Part shown: positions 20,866 through 31,271 of the stretch, piece by piece
Position numbering within the stretch: the stretch's first letter is position 1
How the letters are laid out: every line of letters starts with the position of its first letter
The notes under the pieces: generated by a model
Told to the model about the DNA's origin: nothing
The model's input: only the letters and a program-made list of their open reading frames with translations
Databases searched by the model: none
Origin: a virus
Taxonomy: Duplodnaviria; Caudoviricetes
DNA: 64,000 bases
Direction: 5' to 3' (one strand)
Virus record (IMG/VR): IMGVR_UViG_3300027708_000016
Translations under genes and position numbers: made by a program

Positions 20866-21048
20866 ATGAATAATAATCCTCAATATCAAATACTAGAGAA
20901 TCGCCCTATTGCTTGCACCTTCTGTGGAGCAAGTGTTCAGGGTAAAGTATCACCAAAGCAAGACCCAAAAACAAAAGCCATTGTTCAAGAATGTCGTTGG
21001 ACTTGCTCAAGATGCAATAATTTAGTTAGAATTGGTAACTTAAAATAA
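20866..21048 (+). CDS. Small zinc-ribbon protein
   Basis: CTFCG ... WTCSRCNN. Confidence 0.6.
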   Translation: MNNNPQYQILENRPIACTFCGASVQGKVSPKQDPKTKAIVQECRWTCSRCNNLVRIGNLK

Positions 21049-21051
21049 ATA

Positions 21052-21537
21052 ATGGAATTGGAGAAGGTCATAACAGAAGTCTATGATACTGCCAACAAAA
21101 GTTATGGTGGATACAGTGCACCAGCCAGAAAAGACTTTGTTCCACAGTCATCAAAAAATACTGCAAACTTCCCTTACCAGAAACAGGATGATTTAACCAA
21201 TCCTCCACCCGAATCAATTGCCAGCATACCTTGGCCCCTTCAAACAGTGGTTGATGATTTAGCTGATAGTTTTGTTTTTCTTTCCACTGCAATGGATAAG
21301 ATGGCATCTTGTGTTAAACACAATCCCTCAATAAGAGGTGATCAAAAAGATGAATTAATAAAGCTTTATAAGCTTTCTAAGAAAGCTCTCTTAGCAATTA
21401 GAAAGGTTGGTTCACATTTAACAGGTGTTGTAAATATTGCTGGCGACCAACCATCTCAGAATCCTGTTCAAGGACCTGAATATAAAGAGCCTGAGTCAGA
21501 TCCAATAAAGAATACTATTAAAATAAGAATAAGATAA
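21052..21537 (+). CDS. Hypothetical protein
   Basis: 161-aa ORF in tight co-oriented run. Confidence 0.6.
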   Translation: MELEKVITEVYDTANKSYGGYSAPARKDFVPQSSKNTANFPYQKQDDLTNPPPESIASIPWPLQTVVDDLADSFVFLSTAMDKMASCVKHNPSIRGDQKDELIKLYKLSKKALLAIRKVGSHLTGVVNIAGDQPSQNPVQGPEYKEPESDPIKNTIKIRIR

Positions 21538-21575
21538 TTATTGACATTTAATAAAAAATATACTAATATTAGTAT

Positions 21576-22016
21576 ATGTCAAAATATAGTATTCCTTGGA
21601 ATTTTTTAAAATCAACAATTACAGTTATTGTAATATCAACTATTGCCTCGCTTGGTATAAAATCTATTGGTGGAAATTTCTGGGCAAGTTTTAGTTTGTT
21701 TTTTGTGATACAATATGTTTTGTTTTCTTTTATTGCATCGATAATTAAAAATCATCAGATTCAAAAAACTATTCAAAAAGAACTTGAAGTTCTTGAACCA
21801 CTTTCTACAATATTAGAATGTGCATATTGTAATACATCAAATGTTATGACATTTGTACCAGACCAGAATGAAAGAGCAGAGTTTTCTTGTTCATCGTGTA
21901 ACGAAAAGAATTCCGTTACTATTCAGTTTGTTGTTGCAAGAGTAACCAAACCCGTAAACACTGGAACTACAATTGGAACAGCATCTATTCAAACAACGAC
22001 CAATGAAAAGGAATAA
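21576..22016 (+). CDS. Membrane protein with C-terminal zinc ribbon
   Basis: Two hydrophobic helices, then CAYC and CSSC. Confidence 0.6.
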   Translation: MSKYSIPWNFLKSTITVIVISTIASLGIKSIGGNFWASFSLFFVIQYVLFSFIASIIKNHQIQKTIQKELEVLEPLSTILECAYCNTSNVMTFVPDQNERAEFSCSSCNEKNSVTIQFVVARVTKPVNTGTTIGTASIQTTTNEKE

Positions 22017-22278
22017 CAAAACTTGGAGAGTAATTACCGAAGAGTCTGCTAAATGGGCAAGATGGATAGCCTTTTATGAAGCTATAAACATGATTATAGA
22101 TAGTGCAGAAGATAAAAATATACCTCTTGATAAAGTTGTCTTTAAACCTCTCAAGATTAGAGAATATATCGAATCTACCGAAGATTTAATTTTAAGAAAG
22201 CTTCTCAGACAAGAGCACAATATCGATGTTGCTTACCATGAAGAGAAAGTTAAAAAAAACGATTTTCAATTTGTTTAA
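22003..22278 (+). CDS. Hypothetical protein
   Basis: ATG 22003 overlaps upstream stop. Confidence 0.55.
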   Translation: MKRNNKTWRVITEESAKWARWIAFYEAINMIIDSAEDKNIPLDKVVFKPLKIREYIESTEDLILRKLLRQEHNIDVAYHEEKVKKNDFQFV

Positions 22279-22904
22279 TATTCACCGTAAACACTTGTAT
22301 TGCTACAAGGATTTTCTTCAACATAATTAAAGTTAGAATCCGCCAATGCCTCTAGTGCATCATTATCATTGTTTGGTTTATTACCAATACCAGAACCAGG
22401 CGATCCATCTTCGAAGCTGTAGTCGTATCTTTTTGCTTTAAAAAACCAAACATAATGCCCACCTAATGCATTTGTAACAAACTCATCTATGACCTCCGTA
22501 AGCTCATAGACAGTAGCTCCACGTTTGGGCCAGTTGATTCTATCACTACCAAATTCTGATAACTGCAAAAGATCACTTGGTTTTGGTTCACTACCAGCAC
22601 CAAAAACTTCATTAAAATCAGCAGGGTGTAAAACACCATTTAAATCACTGTCAGCAATAATACCAAATTTTGATAAAAGATATGAATCGTTACTGAGGTT
22701 TAATAAAACAACCAAAGGTTGACCTTCTAAAAATCCTGCCTGTGGATCTTCACCATAAAGAACATTCATACCAGATAAAGTAGATTTGTTCGTGAAGAAA
22801 TTTATTTGTTGACCGTAAATATTAATTTGTTCTCTCCACCAATTACTAAAGAGATTTCTCTCATTCTGGTTTATTTCTTTATTTAAATAACGAAGCTTTT
22901 CCAT
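22275..22904 (-). CDS. Neck / head-closure protein (gp14-like)
   Basis: WREQINIYGQQI, EPKPSDL, YVWFFKAKRYDYSFE. Confidence 0.7.
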   Translation of the reverse strand: MEKLRYLNKEINQNERNLFSNWWREQINIYGQQINFFTNKSTLSGMNVLYGEDPQAGFLEGQPLVVLLNLSNDSYLLSKFGIIADSDLNGVLHPADFNEVFGAGSEPKPSDLLQLSEFGSDRINWPKRGATVYELTEVIDEFVTNALGGHYVWFFKAKRYDYSFEDGSPGSGIGNKPNNDNDALEALADSNFNYVEENPCSNTSVYGEY

Positions 22905-22905
22905 T

Positions 22906-23316
22906 TTACTTTAAAATAAATTGAAGTTTATTAGTTGCACGATTTACACTCTTATATAATCTAAGTTGTTGATTGGTTTTTTCGTTTTTTATTTTATTGT
23001 TTATAACCTTACCTTCTGCTGACATACTTTTTAAAGTTTGATCTGGTGTTTCAAAGCCTAAATCACTTAGCATTTTTAATGCTTCATCATAACCAATAAT
23101 TTGTGGTACGCCTTTTTTTGCATTTTTAATTTTAGGATTGTCAAAGTATGAATCCGTTCTGTATTTAGCAACTCTTGGTTTAACGGTTTTAAGATGTGCG
23201 CTTGGGTCTTTACTTGTTAAATTGCCATCAGGTAAATCTCCTAGATTATCTGTATGATGTTGAGCATTAGCCAAAGGTCCCATCTTTTGTTCTAATACAA
23301 ATTGTTTAAAGTTCAT
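22906..23316 (-). CDS. Hypothetical protein, putative internal head protein
   Basis: MNFKQFVLE leader resembles T4 internal-protein leaders; TAAGTA upstream. Confidence 0.6.
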   Translation of the reverse strand: MNFKQFVLEQKMGPLANAQHHTDNLGDLPDGNLTSKDPSAHLKTVKPRVAKYRTDSYFDNPKIKNAKKGVPQIIGYDEALKMLSDLGFETPDQTLKSMSAEGKVINNKIKNEKTNQQLRLYKSVNRATNKLQFILK

Positions 23317-23333
23317 TACTATTACTTACCAAC

Positions 23334-23360
23334 AAAAAAGCCCTCCGAAGAGGGCTTTTT
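23334..23360 (-). terminator. Rho-independent terminator with cUUCGg tetraloop
   Basis: AAAAAGCCCTC-TTCG-GAGGGCTTTTTT on minus strand, just after stop at 23382. Confidence 0.9.
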
Positions 23361-23381
23361 ATGATTTTGTTGTTTTATTTT

Positions 23382-24308
23382 TTACTCTTGGTCGAAATGT
23401 GATCTACCTGTCTTTACTCCGCCAACGTTATTGTTTTTTCCTTGGAGTGAACTGATTCCACCTTCGTTTTTGAAATCTTCTGGCTTACCATTGACTTTCT
23501 TACCCTTTACAATTTGAGCACTTTTCTTTTTAACAGGAACTGCACCCTTAACCGTGAATGATGTTTTCTTTGTGTGTCCAGCTTCCAACTTCTCCTGATC
23601 AACGAGTGCGTGTCCAAGAACTTCTGCGTCAACTGCCTCACCAAAAGGATTCTCTTCGTCTTCCTCATCCTCGTAGTCTTCATCTTCGTCTTCAAACTCA
23701 TGACCGTCTTCTCCAACCTCGCTCTCTTCTTCACCTTCTTCCTCACCCTCTTCACTAACACCGAGTTTCTCTCCGATCTTAGCTACTAACTCTTTAAGCT
23801 GTGCGAAAAGATCTTCTGCCGACTCTTCTTCCTCTCCGAAACCTTCATCTTCACCCTCTTCATCTTCGTCGCTTTCAAATTCGTTTTCTTCATCTTCATC
23901 TCCAGAAGCATGACCGATCCCCTCAGGTCCACCAAAGTTACTATCAGGCTTTAATGTGTTGTCTCCTGTCTCGAAATCAAATGAATCTTCTGAAATGATT
24001 TTGTTAAATAATACATCAAAAGGATTCTTTGCTTCACCCTTTAATGTTAACTTTTCACCCTTCTTTAATTCTTTTGGCTCACACTCTGAACCATCAGTTG
24101 TTAATTCACAAGGTGCTTCTTCTGGGGATTCAATGTCTTTTTCAACACGTTCTGTTCCAGACTTTGCGTAAAACTTTGAGGTATTTACTTTATTTTTAGG
24201 ATCACCAAAAGGTTCTCCCACTTTTAAGGATTGTCCTTCGACTTTTCCGTTAGATGCGTTTTCATTGATTACCTTGAGGTAAGCTGATGTGATAGGATCT
24301 TGTTTCAT
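23382..24308 (-). CDS. Highly acidic protein, putative prohead core/scaffold component
   Basis: Long Glu/Asp tracts; AYLKVINE leader; start may be 24335. Confidence 0.55.
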   Translation of the reverse strand: MKQDPITSAYLKVINENASNGKVEGQSLKVGEPFGDPKNKVNTSKFYAKSGTERVEKDIESPEEAPCELTTDGSECEPKELKKGEKLTLKGEAKNPFDVLFNKIISEDSFDFETGDNTLKPDSNFGGPEGIGHASGDEDEENEFESDEDEEGEDEGFGEEEESAEDLFAQLKELVAKIGEKLGVSEEGEEEGEEESEVGEDGHEFEDEDEDYEDEEDEENPFGEAVDAEVLGHALVDQEKLEAGHTKKTSFTVKGAVPVKKKSAQIVKGKKVNGKPEDFKNEGGISSLQGKNNNVGGVKTGRSHFDQE

Positions 24309-24380
24309 ATATTGTTTTGAATATTTACTCTTCACTTATCCCATTTTCAACAATTTTTTTTAAAAAATAAAAAATCGTGT

Positions 24381-25205
24381 TTATACATTGTCTAAAAGAT
24401 GCTTTGCTTCTTTTTCAAGATCAATAATATTTATCAATTCATAATCCTCTTTACCAGCAACCCAAACAATATTACATTCACCAACTTCAAATGGTGAGTT
24501 TCTTTCAATGATTAATTTGTATAATAAAAGTTGAATACTGTACTTTGAAAGTTCACAATTTGGGATATGATCAAACGGTTTCAATAACATTTCATCTTTA
24601 TAACCTTTGGTTTTTATTTCTTTATTTGTCTTATAATCAAATAATACAAGCTTACCTGTTTTCTTATTAAACGAAAGATTATCAATCGTTCCACAAACTT
24701 TCTTTTCTTTATCACCTATCACAAATTCAGATTTTAAAAGAATATGATCTTGTTTCCACCATTCGTAAAAGTTTCTAAAGTTTTTAATTAACAATGCCAT
24801 TTCGGTATAATAGTTTTCTAAATTATTATTTCCTCCACTTTTATTTATGAGTTCAATCGCTGCTTGTTTATCAATTGGTATAGTTCTTCTCTCATAAAAA
24901 TTCTCAACCATTAAATGAAATTCGCTACCTTTATGACATGAATAATCACCATTATATTTCCATTCATCCAATATAGCTTCAACGGGTTTGCCATCTCGTC
25001 TGGCAATATGAGAAGCAATTTTTTCTTTTTCAAAAGGCTTTTCATATTTTTTAATAAGCTGTGAAACAGACTTCTTTGCTCGTACTCCGTCTATTTCATA
25101 ATAATGACCTTTTTCAAAAAACTTAATATCTGAAAATGCATCTAACAGTGTTATTAAACTATTAAAATTAGGTTTTTCCAAATCCAATGATTCTTTCTTT
25201 GTCAT
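24381..25205 (-). CDS. PD-(D/E)xK exonuclease (Cas4/RecB-like)
   Basis: KGSEFH, CGTIDNL, LFDYKT, YSIQLLLY. Confidence 0.85.
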   Translation of the reverse strand: MTKKESLDLEKPNFNSLITLLDAFSDIKFFEKGHYYEIDGVRAKKSVSQLIKKYEKPFEKEKIASHIARRDGKPVEAILDEWKYNGDYSCHKGSEFHLMVENFYERRTIPIDKQAAIELINKSGGNNNLENYYTEMALLIKNFRNFYEWWKQDHILLKSEFVIGDKEKKVCGTIDNLSFNKKTGKLVLFDYKTNKEIKTKGYKDEMLLKPFDHIPNCELSKYSIQLLLYKLIIERNSPFEVGECNIVWVAGKEDYELINIIDLEKEAKHLLDNV

Positions 25206-26382
25206 CTTTTATTTTTTCCTCGTTTAAATCTACATCCTTTTCCAAATTATAAATGTCTGCAACAGACATTGCTTTTGTAATTTTATCAATGGTTTTTTTA
25301 CTATACTTCAAAGTTTTTGCTAATTTCTTTGCATCAGTTATAGGTAGCGCACCAAATTCATAATCAACTTGTAATCTACCCTTTCTTCTGAGAGCAGAAT
25401 CAATTTCGTTCTTTGGACAGTTATAAGTCAATATAACGGAAGTCTTTAGAATATCACTCATAATTCCATCAGACAAATTAAGAAGCGAAGAAACAGCAGA
25501 TGAATCCATACCATCACCATGTCTTTTCATAATTGCTTTTTCTGCGTCTTCCAAAATAATAATTGAATTTGGTTTTTGAATAAGCATACTTAAACAATTC
25601 GGATCAGATGTAAAAGTCTCAACCATTGTTGTTGGGATATAGATAAAATCTCTATTAACTTGCCCAGCAAGATATTTAATATATGTAGTTTTTCCAGTTC
25701 CTGGCAAACCATGAAACATAAATAATCCACTTTTATTATTAGTTAGTCTATCCTTAATGGTTTTATCAATATCTAAAAATTTAGATCCATAATTTAATTC
25801 TAAATCAATATTTTCTGGTACACTAACTGAAATTGGTTCAAATGCAAAATCACCATACTGATTTTTAATAAAAAGATGAACCTTTGATCCTTCTTCTTTA
25901 ACTATAAAATTTTCAAAGTCTTCAAAATGATAATCTTGCACCTGTGCAGGTGCTGCAATCATTAAATCAAACTTTTTTAATAAGATTTTTTTATCATTTC
26001 TAGCTTTTTCATCTTCATCAAACTTAAATGGCAATCCACCAACATCCATTGTTACATTATCGTCATCTTGACCACTTGCAGATAGTTTAATATAAATATC
26101 TTTATATTTAAACCAAAAAGTACCACCTCTAAAATGTTTGTAATTTTCTTTCATCTGAGTTAATTTCCCAGTTGAACTGAATTTAATTAATTTTGAATTA
26201 TTTAAAAGATATTCAAAAATGTCTTCATTAAATTTTTCATCAATGAAAAAAAATGATACAGATGAGTTATAAGTCAATGAAATATAACGAGTTATATTAA
26301 ATTCACTTCCTGATGAATGAGCATAAAGATCGTTATTTTTATCTGTATGTTTAAAAATCTTTGATTCTTTTAACTTGAACAT
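25168..26382 (-). CDS. AAA+ ATPase (BCS1-like)
   Basis: HGLPGTGKT, ILEDAE, LLNLSDG, IDSALRRKGRL. Confidence 0.9.
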   Translation of the reverse strand: MFKLKESKIFKHTDKNNDLYAHSSGSEFNITRYISLTYNSSVSFFFIDEKFNEDIFEYLLNNSKLIKFSSTGKLTQMKENYKHFRGGTFWFKYKDIYIKLSASGQDDDNVTMDVGGLPFKFDEDEKARNDKKILLKKFDLMIAAPAQVQDYHFEDFENFIVKEEGSKVHLFIKNQYGDFAFEPISVSVPENIDLELNYGSKFLDIDKTIKDRLTNNKSGLFMFHGLPGTGKTTYIKYLAGQVNRDFIYIPTTMVETFTSDPNCLSMLIQKPNSIIILEDAEKAIMKRHGDGMDSSAVSSLLNLSDGIMSDILKTSVILTYNCPKNEIDSALRRKGRLQVDYEFGALPITDAKKLAKTLKYSKKTIDKITKAMSVADIYNLEKDVDLNEEKIKDDKERIIGFGKT

Positions 26383-26466
26383 CTATTAAATTTAACAGAT
26401 ATGTAACATAAAGCAACAATAAAATTTATAGTTGACTTTTTTAAATAAAAAATTTATAATTTAAAT

Positions 26467-26658
26467 ATGAAACTATTAATTTTATTACTTTTTACTATAA
26501 TTTATGTTGTTGGGTCTCCGTTTCTAGTAATATGGAGCCTTAATAACCTTTTTAAGCTCAGTATAGAATTTTCTTATATAAACTGGCTTTCGGGTTTTGC
26601 ACTACTTAGTGTATTAGATATGCTTTTAAATGGTTCCAAAAGAATATCAAAAAATTGA
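26467..26658 (+). CDS. Small membrane protein
   Basis: Hydrophobic 63 aa; TTGACT...TATAAT promoter upstream. Confidence 0.55.
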   Translation: MKLLILLLFTIIYVVGSPFLVIWSLNNLFKLSIEFSYINWLSGFALLSVLDMLLNGSKRISKN

Positions 26659-26670
26659 TAAATATATGGT

Positions 26671-27054
26671 ATGGAAAAGCTAGGTAAAATCAAAACTAAT
26701 AAACTTTATACAAGATGTCTTAATCTAGCCAGAAGAAAACCACCTGAATTTTTTAATTTCAGAAAAATGAGGGGAACTCATGGTATTTGTAATTGGACGG
26801 ATTTGGAATTCAATCCTTCGGGGGAATTACTATCAACTGCATACCACGAATGTATTCATTATCTTGAACCAGATTGGAGTGAAACTCAAGTAATATATGC
26901 AGAATCCAGAGTTAGAAACATTGTCACATACTTGGAACATGCAAGATTTTTAAAATACATATCTATGAAACTTTACAAATCCGAACTCCAAAAGCATATT
27001 CTAAGCAAACCAAAAAAGAAAAAGAAAAAGCTCGCAACAATTAAAAAAAACTAA
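26671..27054 (+). CDS. Hypothetical protein with HExxH motif
   Basis: YHECIHYLE; basic C-terminus. Confidence 0.55.
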   Translation: MEKLGKIKTNKLYTRCLNLARRKPPEFFNFRKMRGTHGICNWTDLEFNPSGELLSTAYHECIHYLEPDWSETQVIYAESRVRNIVTYLEHARFLKYISMKLYKSELQKHILSKPKKKKKKLATIKKN

Positions 27055-27075
27055 TACACTTACTAAGTAAACTTT

Positions 27076-28047
27076 ATGATATTCGAAGAACAAATAAGCC
27101 GCAAACCTAACAACTATCCTTGGACAGAAGAATTTATCGAAGCAATGCACAATGGCTTCTGGACAGATAAAGAATTTAATTTTAAATCAGATGTTCAGCA
27201 GTTCAAAGTAAATTTGAATGATCAAGAAAGAGAAATTATCATTCGTACTCTTTCTGCAATTGGACAAATTGAAATCGCAGTTAAAACATTTTGGGCAAAG
27301 CTCGGTGAGAATCTTCCGCATCCATCACTTTCTGATCTTGGTTATGTGATGGCAAACGTAGAAGTTATTCACAATAATGCATACGAAAGATTAATTTCTG
27401 CCCTTGGGTTGGAAGATATTTTTGAAAAGAACCTAAAGCTAGATTGGATCGAAGGGAGAGTGAAATATCTTAGAAAATATACTCACAGATTTTATAAAGA
27501 TTCCAAGAAGCAATATCTATATGCCCTCATTTTATTCACATTATTTGTTGAGAATGTTAGTTTGTTTTCTCAATTCTATGTTATTAATTGGTTTGCTCGT
27601 TTTAAGAACGTTCTTAAAGACACAGATCAACAAGTAAAATATACTCGTAACGAAGAACAGATTCATGGTCTTGTTGGCACTAGAATCATTAATACAATTA
27701 GAGAAGAGTATCCAGAACTTTTTGATGCAGAACTTGAAGAGAAGATTGCACATGAAGCAAAAATGGCTTTTGAATCTGAATCAGAAATTGTAGATTGGAT
27801 GGTTAATGGAATTAAGGAAGAAAACTTAACTGCTCCAATTCTTAAAGAATTTATCAAGAATCGTATTAATGATTCTCTCATTCAAATTAAATTCAAGCCT
27901 GTATTTGATGTTGATAAGGAAATTCTTAAGAAGACAATGTGGTTTCAAGAAGAACTTCTTGGAAATACGATGACTGACTTTTTTTTCCAAAAGCCAACCG
28001 AATACGCAAAAAAAGATCAGTGTTTTGATGAATCTGAATTATTTTAA
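27076..28047 (+). CDS. nrdB: Ribonucleotide reductase class Ia beta subunit
   Basis: FWTDKEF, EVIHNNAY, LFVENVSLFSQF, RNEEQIH. Confidence 0.96.
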   Translation: MIFEEQISRKPNNYPWTEEFIEAMHNGFWTDKEFNFKSDVQQFKVNLNDQEREIIIRTLSAIGQIEIAVKTFWAKLGENLPHPSLSDLGYVMANVEVIHNNAYERLISALGLEDIFEKNLKLDWIEGRVKYLRKYTHRFYKDSKKQYLYALILFTLFVENVSLFSQFYVINWFARFKNVLKDTDQQVKYTRNEEQIHGLVGTRIINTIREEYPELFDAELEEKIAHEAKMAFESESEIVDWMVNGIKEENLTAPILKEFIKNRINDSLIQIKFKPVFDVDKEILKKTMWFQEELLGNTMTDFFFQKPTEYAKKDQCFDESELF

Positions 28048-28092
28048 GATTGCTATTCATTAGCAATTTGATAAGATAGATATATCAAATTT

Positions 28093-29769
28093 ATGAGTAC
28101 CGAAACGCAGCAAACAGAGATTTATTGGCTTAACAAAGATTCTAGAAAATTCCTTCAAAGAGGTTATTTATTAGAGGATGAAACACCAGAACAAAGAATT
28201 TCTGACATTGCAAAAACAGCACAAAAACTTTTAGTAGAATTTACAGGCGATACAAAGTTTGCAAAAAAGTTTGAGAATTATATGCACAGAGGATTTTATT
28301 CTCTTGCTTCTCCCATTTGGTCAAATTTTGGTCGTAAGAGAGGTCTTCCGATTTCTTGTTTTGGTTCTCATATTCCTGACACAATGGCAGGTATTTTAGA
28401 AAAAGTTGCAGAGGTTGGAATCATGACAAAGAATGGCGGTGGAACATCTGCTTACTTTGGCAATCTTAGGGCAAGAGGTGAGGCAATTTCTTCTGGTGGT
28501 GAATCAACAGGATCAGTACATTTTATGGAGCTTTTTAATAAGCTCATGAGCGTTGTATCGCAAGGTAATGTTCGTAGAGGATCTTTTGCTGCGTATCTTC
28601 CAATTGATCATGGTGACATTGAAGAGTTTTTAAAAATTCGTGGAGAAGGAAACGAGATTCAGGATCTTTCAATCGGTGTTACTATTACCGATGAATGGAT
28701 GAAGTCAATGCTTGATGGTGACAAAGAAAAAAGAAGAATTTGGGGTCTTGTACTCAAGAAAAGATTTGAGTCTGGTTATCCTTATATTTTCTTTACTGAT
28801 AATGTAAACAAGCAAGCACCACAAGTTTATAAAGATAAGAAGATGAAGATTACTCAATCTAATCTTTGCACAGAAATCATGCTTCCTAATAGTGAAGATG
28901 AATCATTTGTTTGTGATCTTTCTTCAATGAATCTTGAAAGATGGGAAGAGTGGAAGGATACTGATGCGGTAGAAACCATGATTTATTTCTTGGATGCAGT
29001 AATGTCAGAATTTATTGGAAAAACATATGGTATGGAGTTTATGGAAGCACCTCGTAAGTTTGCAATCAATCATCGTGCATTAGGTCTTGGTGTTCTTGGC
29101 TGGCATTCTTTATTGCAATCCGAGATGATTGCATTTGAGTCTATGCAAGCAAAAATTCTTAATACAATTATCTGGAGAACTATTCGTGAGAGAGCAGATA
29201 AAGCAACCAAAGAACTTTCTGAATTAATTGGTGAACCAGAACTACTTAAAGGTTATGGTCGTAGGAATACCACAACGCTTGCTGTAGCTCCTACAACGTC
29301 ATCCTCATTCATTTTAGGTCAGGTTAGTCCATCTATCGAACCAAACAATAGTAACTATTATGTTAAGGATCTGGCTAAAGGAAAATTTTCATATAAGAAT
29401 CCTTACCTCAAAAAACTCTTGAAAGAAAAAGGAAAGCATAATGATGAAGTTTGGATGGATATTCTTAAGCATAGTGGATCAGTTCAGCATTTAGATTTCT
29501 TATCTCAAGAAGAGAAAGATGTATTCAAAACTTTTGAAGAAACTTCACAAAAAGAAATTATCATTCAAGCTGCTTCTCGCCAAAAGTATATTGATCAAGG
29601 TCAAAGTTTAAATATGCTTATCCCTGCTGGTACACCACCAAAAGCAGTTAATGAACTTATTATTTTTGCTTGGGAGCAAGGTATTAAATCTCTTTATTAT
29701 CAGAGATCAACTAATCCAGCAAAGGAACTTGCTCGTTCAATTATGACTTGCAAATCCTGCGAAGCATAA
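28093..29769 (+). CDS. nrdA: Ribonucleotide reductase class Ia alpha subunit (short, no ATP cone)
   Basis: PISCF, GGGTS, SNLCTE, VCDLSS, APTTSSS, IDQGQSLN, KSLYYQRS. Confidence 0.96.
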   Translation: MSTETQQTEIYWLNKDSRKFLQRGYLLEDETPEQRISDIAKTAQKLLVEFTGDTKFAKKFENYMHRGFYSLASPIWSNFGRKRGLPISCFGSHIPDTMAGILEKVAEVGIMTKNGGGTSAYFGNLRARGEAISSGGESTGSVHFMELFNKLMSVVSQGNVRRGSFAAYLPIDHGDIEEFLKIRGEGNEIQDLSIGVTITDEWMKSMLDGDKEKRRIWGLVLKKRFESGYPYIFFTDNVNKQAPQVYKDKKMKITQSNLCTEIMLPNSEDESFVCDLSSMNLERWEEWKDTDAVETMIYFLDAVMSEFIGKTYGMEFMEAPRKFAINHRALGLGVLGWHSLLQSEMIAFESMQAKILNTIIWRTIRERADKATKELSELIGEPELLKGYGRRNTTTLAVAPTTSSSFILGQVSPSIEPNNSNYYVKDLAKGKFSYKNPYLKKLLKEKGKHNDEVWMDILKHSGSVQHLDFLSQEEKDVFKTFEETSQKEIIIQAASRQKYIDQGQSLNMLIPAGTPPKAVNELIIFAWEQGIKSLYYQRSTNPAKELARSIMTCKSCEA

Positions 29770-29785
29770 GTATATTACAGTTTGT

Positions 29786-30364
29786 ATGAGTCATCTTAAT
29801 AGGACAACCGTGCTCGTGCTTAATCGTAACTGGCAAGCAATCCATGTAAAATCTCCAGCAGAAGCATTATCAATGATGTATACTGATAATGCTACTGGAT
29901 TGGATATTTTAGGCGAGGATAATATGGTTCCTTATCGTTGGAAAGATTGGATTAATTTAACAAAAGATGAAACATCAGAATATGTTTCTACTGTTCGTGG
30001 AGAAATTAAAATACCAAAGGTTATTGTTCTTTGTAAGTTCGACAGAGTACCTCTTAAACGCCCCAAATTCTCTCTAGGAGCCGTTTGGAATAGAGATGAG
30101 GGTATTTGTCAATATACGGGTAAAAAGCTTTCTAAAAACGAAGGTAACGTCGATCATATTATGCCAAGAAGTAGGGGTGGTAAAACTACATGGGATAATT
30201 GTGTTCTTACACATAAGGAAGTCAATGCAAAGAAAGCTGATAGAACACCAGAGGAAGCAGGATTAAAGCTTATTAAAAAGCCCTTAGCTCCAAAGTATAT
30301 GCCATCTTCTCATTATATTAAGAATAAGCACAATATAAAAGAATGGGAATTATTCCTCTCTTGA
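29786..30364 (+). CDS. HNH endonuclease (McrA-like)
   Basis: VLVLNRNW, RDEGICQYTG, VDHIMPRSRGG..WDNCV. Confidence 0.9.
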   Translation: MSHLNRTTVLVLNRNWQAIHVKSPAEALSMMYTDNATGLDILGEDNMVPYRWKDWINLTKDETSEYVSTVRGEIKIPKVIVLCKFDRVPLKRPKFSLGAVWNRDEGICQYTGKKLSKNEGNVDHIMPRSRGGKTTWDNCVLTHKEVNAKKADRTPEEAGLKLIKKPLAPKYMPSSHYIKNKHNIKEWELFLS

Positions 30365-30379
30365 GTGTAAATATTAAAT

Positions 30380-30868
30380 ATGAGAAATAAAGATACAATT
30401 TTATTAGAAGAAGCTTATGAACAAGTCTTAATAGAAGAAAACTGGAAAGGCTTATTAGCTTCAGCAGCAATGGCTTTATCTAATCTATTAGCACCGCAAG
30501 CTAATGCAGCACAAGGACCTAATTTAGTTCAACAAGCAGCTTCAAATATAGAACAAGCTTACACTCAATCTGCTCAAGGTGTTAGCAAAGGTACTAATAA
30601 TGTAACATTCTATGACGCTGCTAAGAAAGATATCAATCAGCAGATATCTCAGAAACTCGGTATACCAGTTGATCAAGTAGAATCTCGTCTCCATAATATA
30701 TATAATTCAGATCCTGAAAAGTATAAAGGTTTGGAATTCTATTTCGGTAATGCGCCTGAGCTTAGAGATAATACTACTGCGTCAGTAAGGAATACTGACG
30801 CAGTAAGGAATACTGACGCAGTAAGCAATACTGATTCTATAGTTAATACAATATCTCAAGGTGGATAA
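30380..30868 (+). CDS. Hypothetical protein, putative internal head protein
   Basis: MRNKDTILLEEAYEQVLIEE leader; hydrophobic Ala-rich stretch; NTDAVR repeats. Confidence 0.6.
   Translation: MRNKDTILLEEAYEQVLIEENWKGLLASAAMALSNLLAPQANAAQGPNLVQQAASNIEQAYTQSAQGVSKGTNNVTFYDAAKKDINQQISQKLGIPVDQVESRLHNIYNSDPEKYKGLEFYFGNAPELRDNTTASVRNTDAVRNTDAVSNTDSIVNTISQGG
30783..30836 (+). repeat. 18-bp tandem repeat x3 (NTDAVR)
   Basis: cagtaaggaatactgacg x2 plus a diverged third copy. Confidence 0.8.
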
Positions 30869-30873
30869 TTATA

Positions 30874-31245
30874 ATGAACTTTGATATAATTTTAGAAGCA
30901 ATTAAAAAAGACATGGGTGTTGAGGATAAATTTGATGAATTTCTCAACAAACGTAAAGCTGGTGCTGAAAAATTAGAAGCACAGACAAGAAAAAAAGGTG
31001 GTTATTCTTTACTCACTGCCATCCATTATGCTGCTAAAGAAAAACCATACGCTGATGCCTTAAAATGGCAAAACAAGGAAGGTAAAGAAAAACATTTTAA
31101 AGAAAAAGCAGAAGAAATTTATAAGAAATTAGCTGATCTAGATTCGTTAACCCAACGAGAATTTCAAGATCTTATGGGTAGACTAGAAGTATATGGTGAG
31201 GTTTACATTCGTGCTACAAAGCCTAATAGTATTAAGCTTGATTAA
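30874..31245 (+). CDS. Hypothetical protein
   Basis: 123-aa ORF, MNFDIILEA leader. Confidence 0.6.
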   Translation: MNFDIILEAIKKDMGVEDKFDEFLNKRKAGAEKLEAQTRKKGGYSLLTAIHYAAKEKPYADALKWQNKEGKEKHFKEKAEEIYKKLADLDSLTQREFQDLMGRLEVYGEVYIRATKPNSIKLD

Positions 31246-31271
31246 TTTTTAAAAACATCTATAATATATAG

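Noticed and set aside
23507-24171. Several short ORFs overlapping the acidic protein
   Set aside because: Frame shadows of GAA/GAT-rich low-complexity coding sequence.
24381-25205. Cas4 as part of a CRISPR-Cas locus
   Set aside because: No cas1/cas2 or array in the window; solo Cas4-like nucleases are common in phages.
7531-29769. Inteins or introns in terminase or RNR
   Set aside because: Lengths and motif spacing are normal, with no C-terminal HN-C/S/T splice signature or interruption seen.
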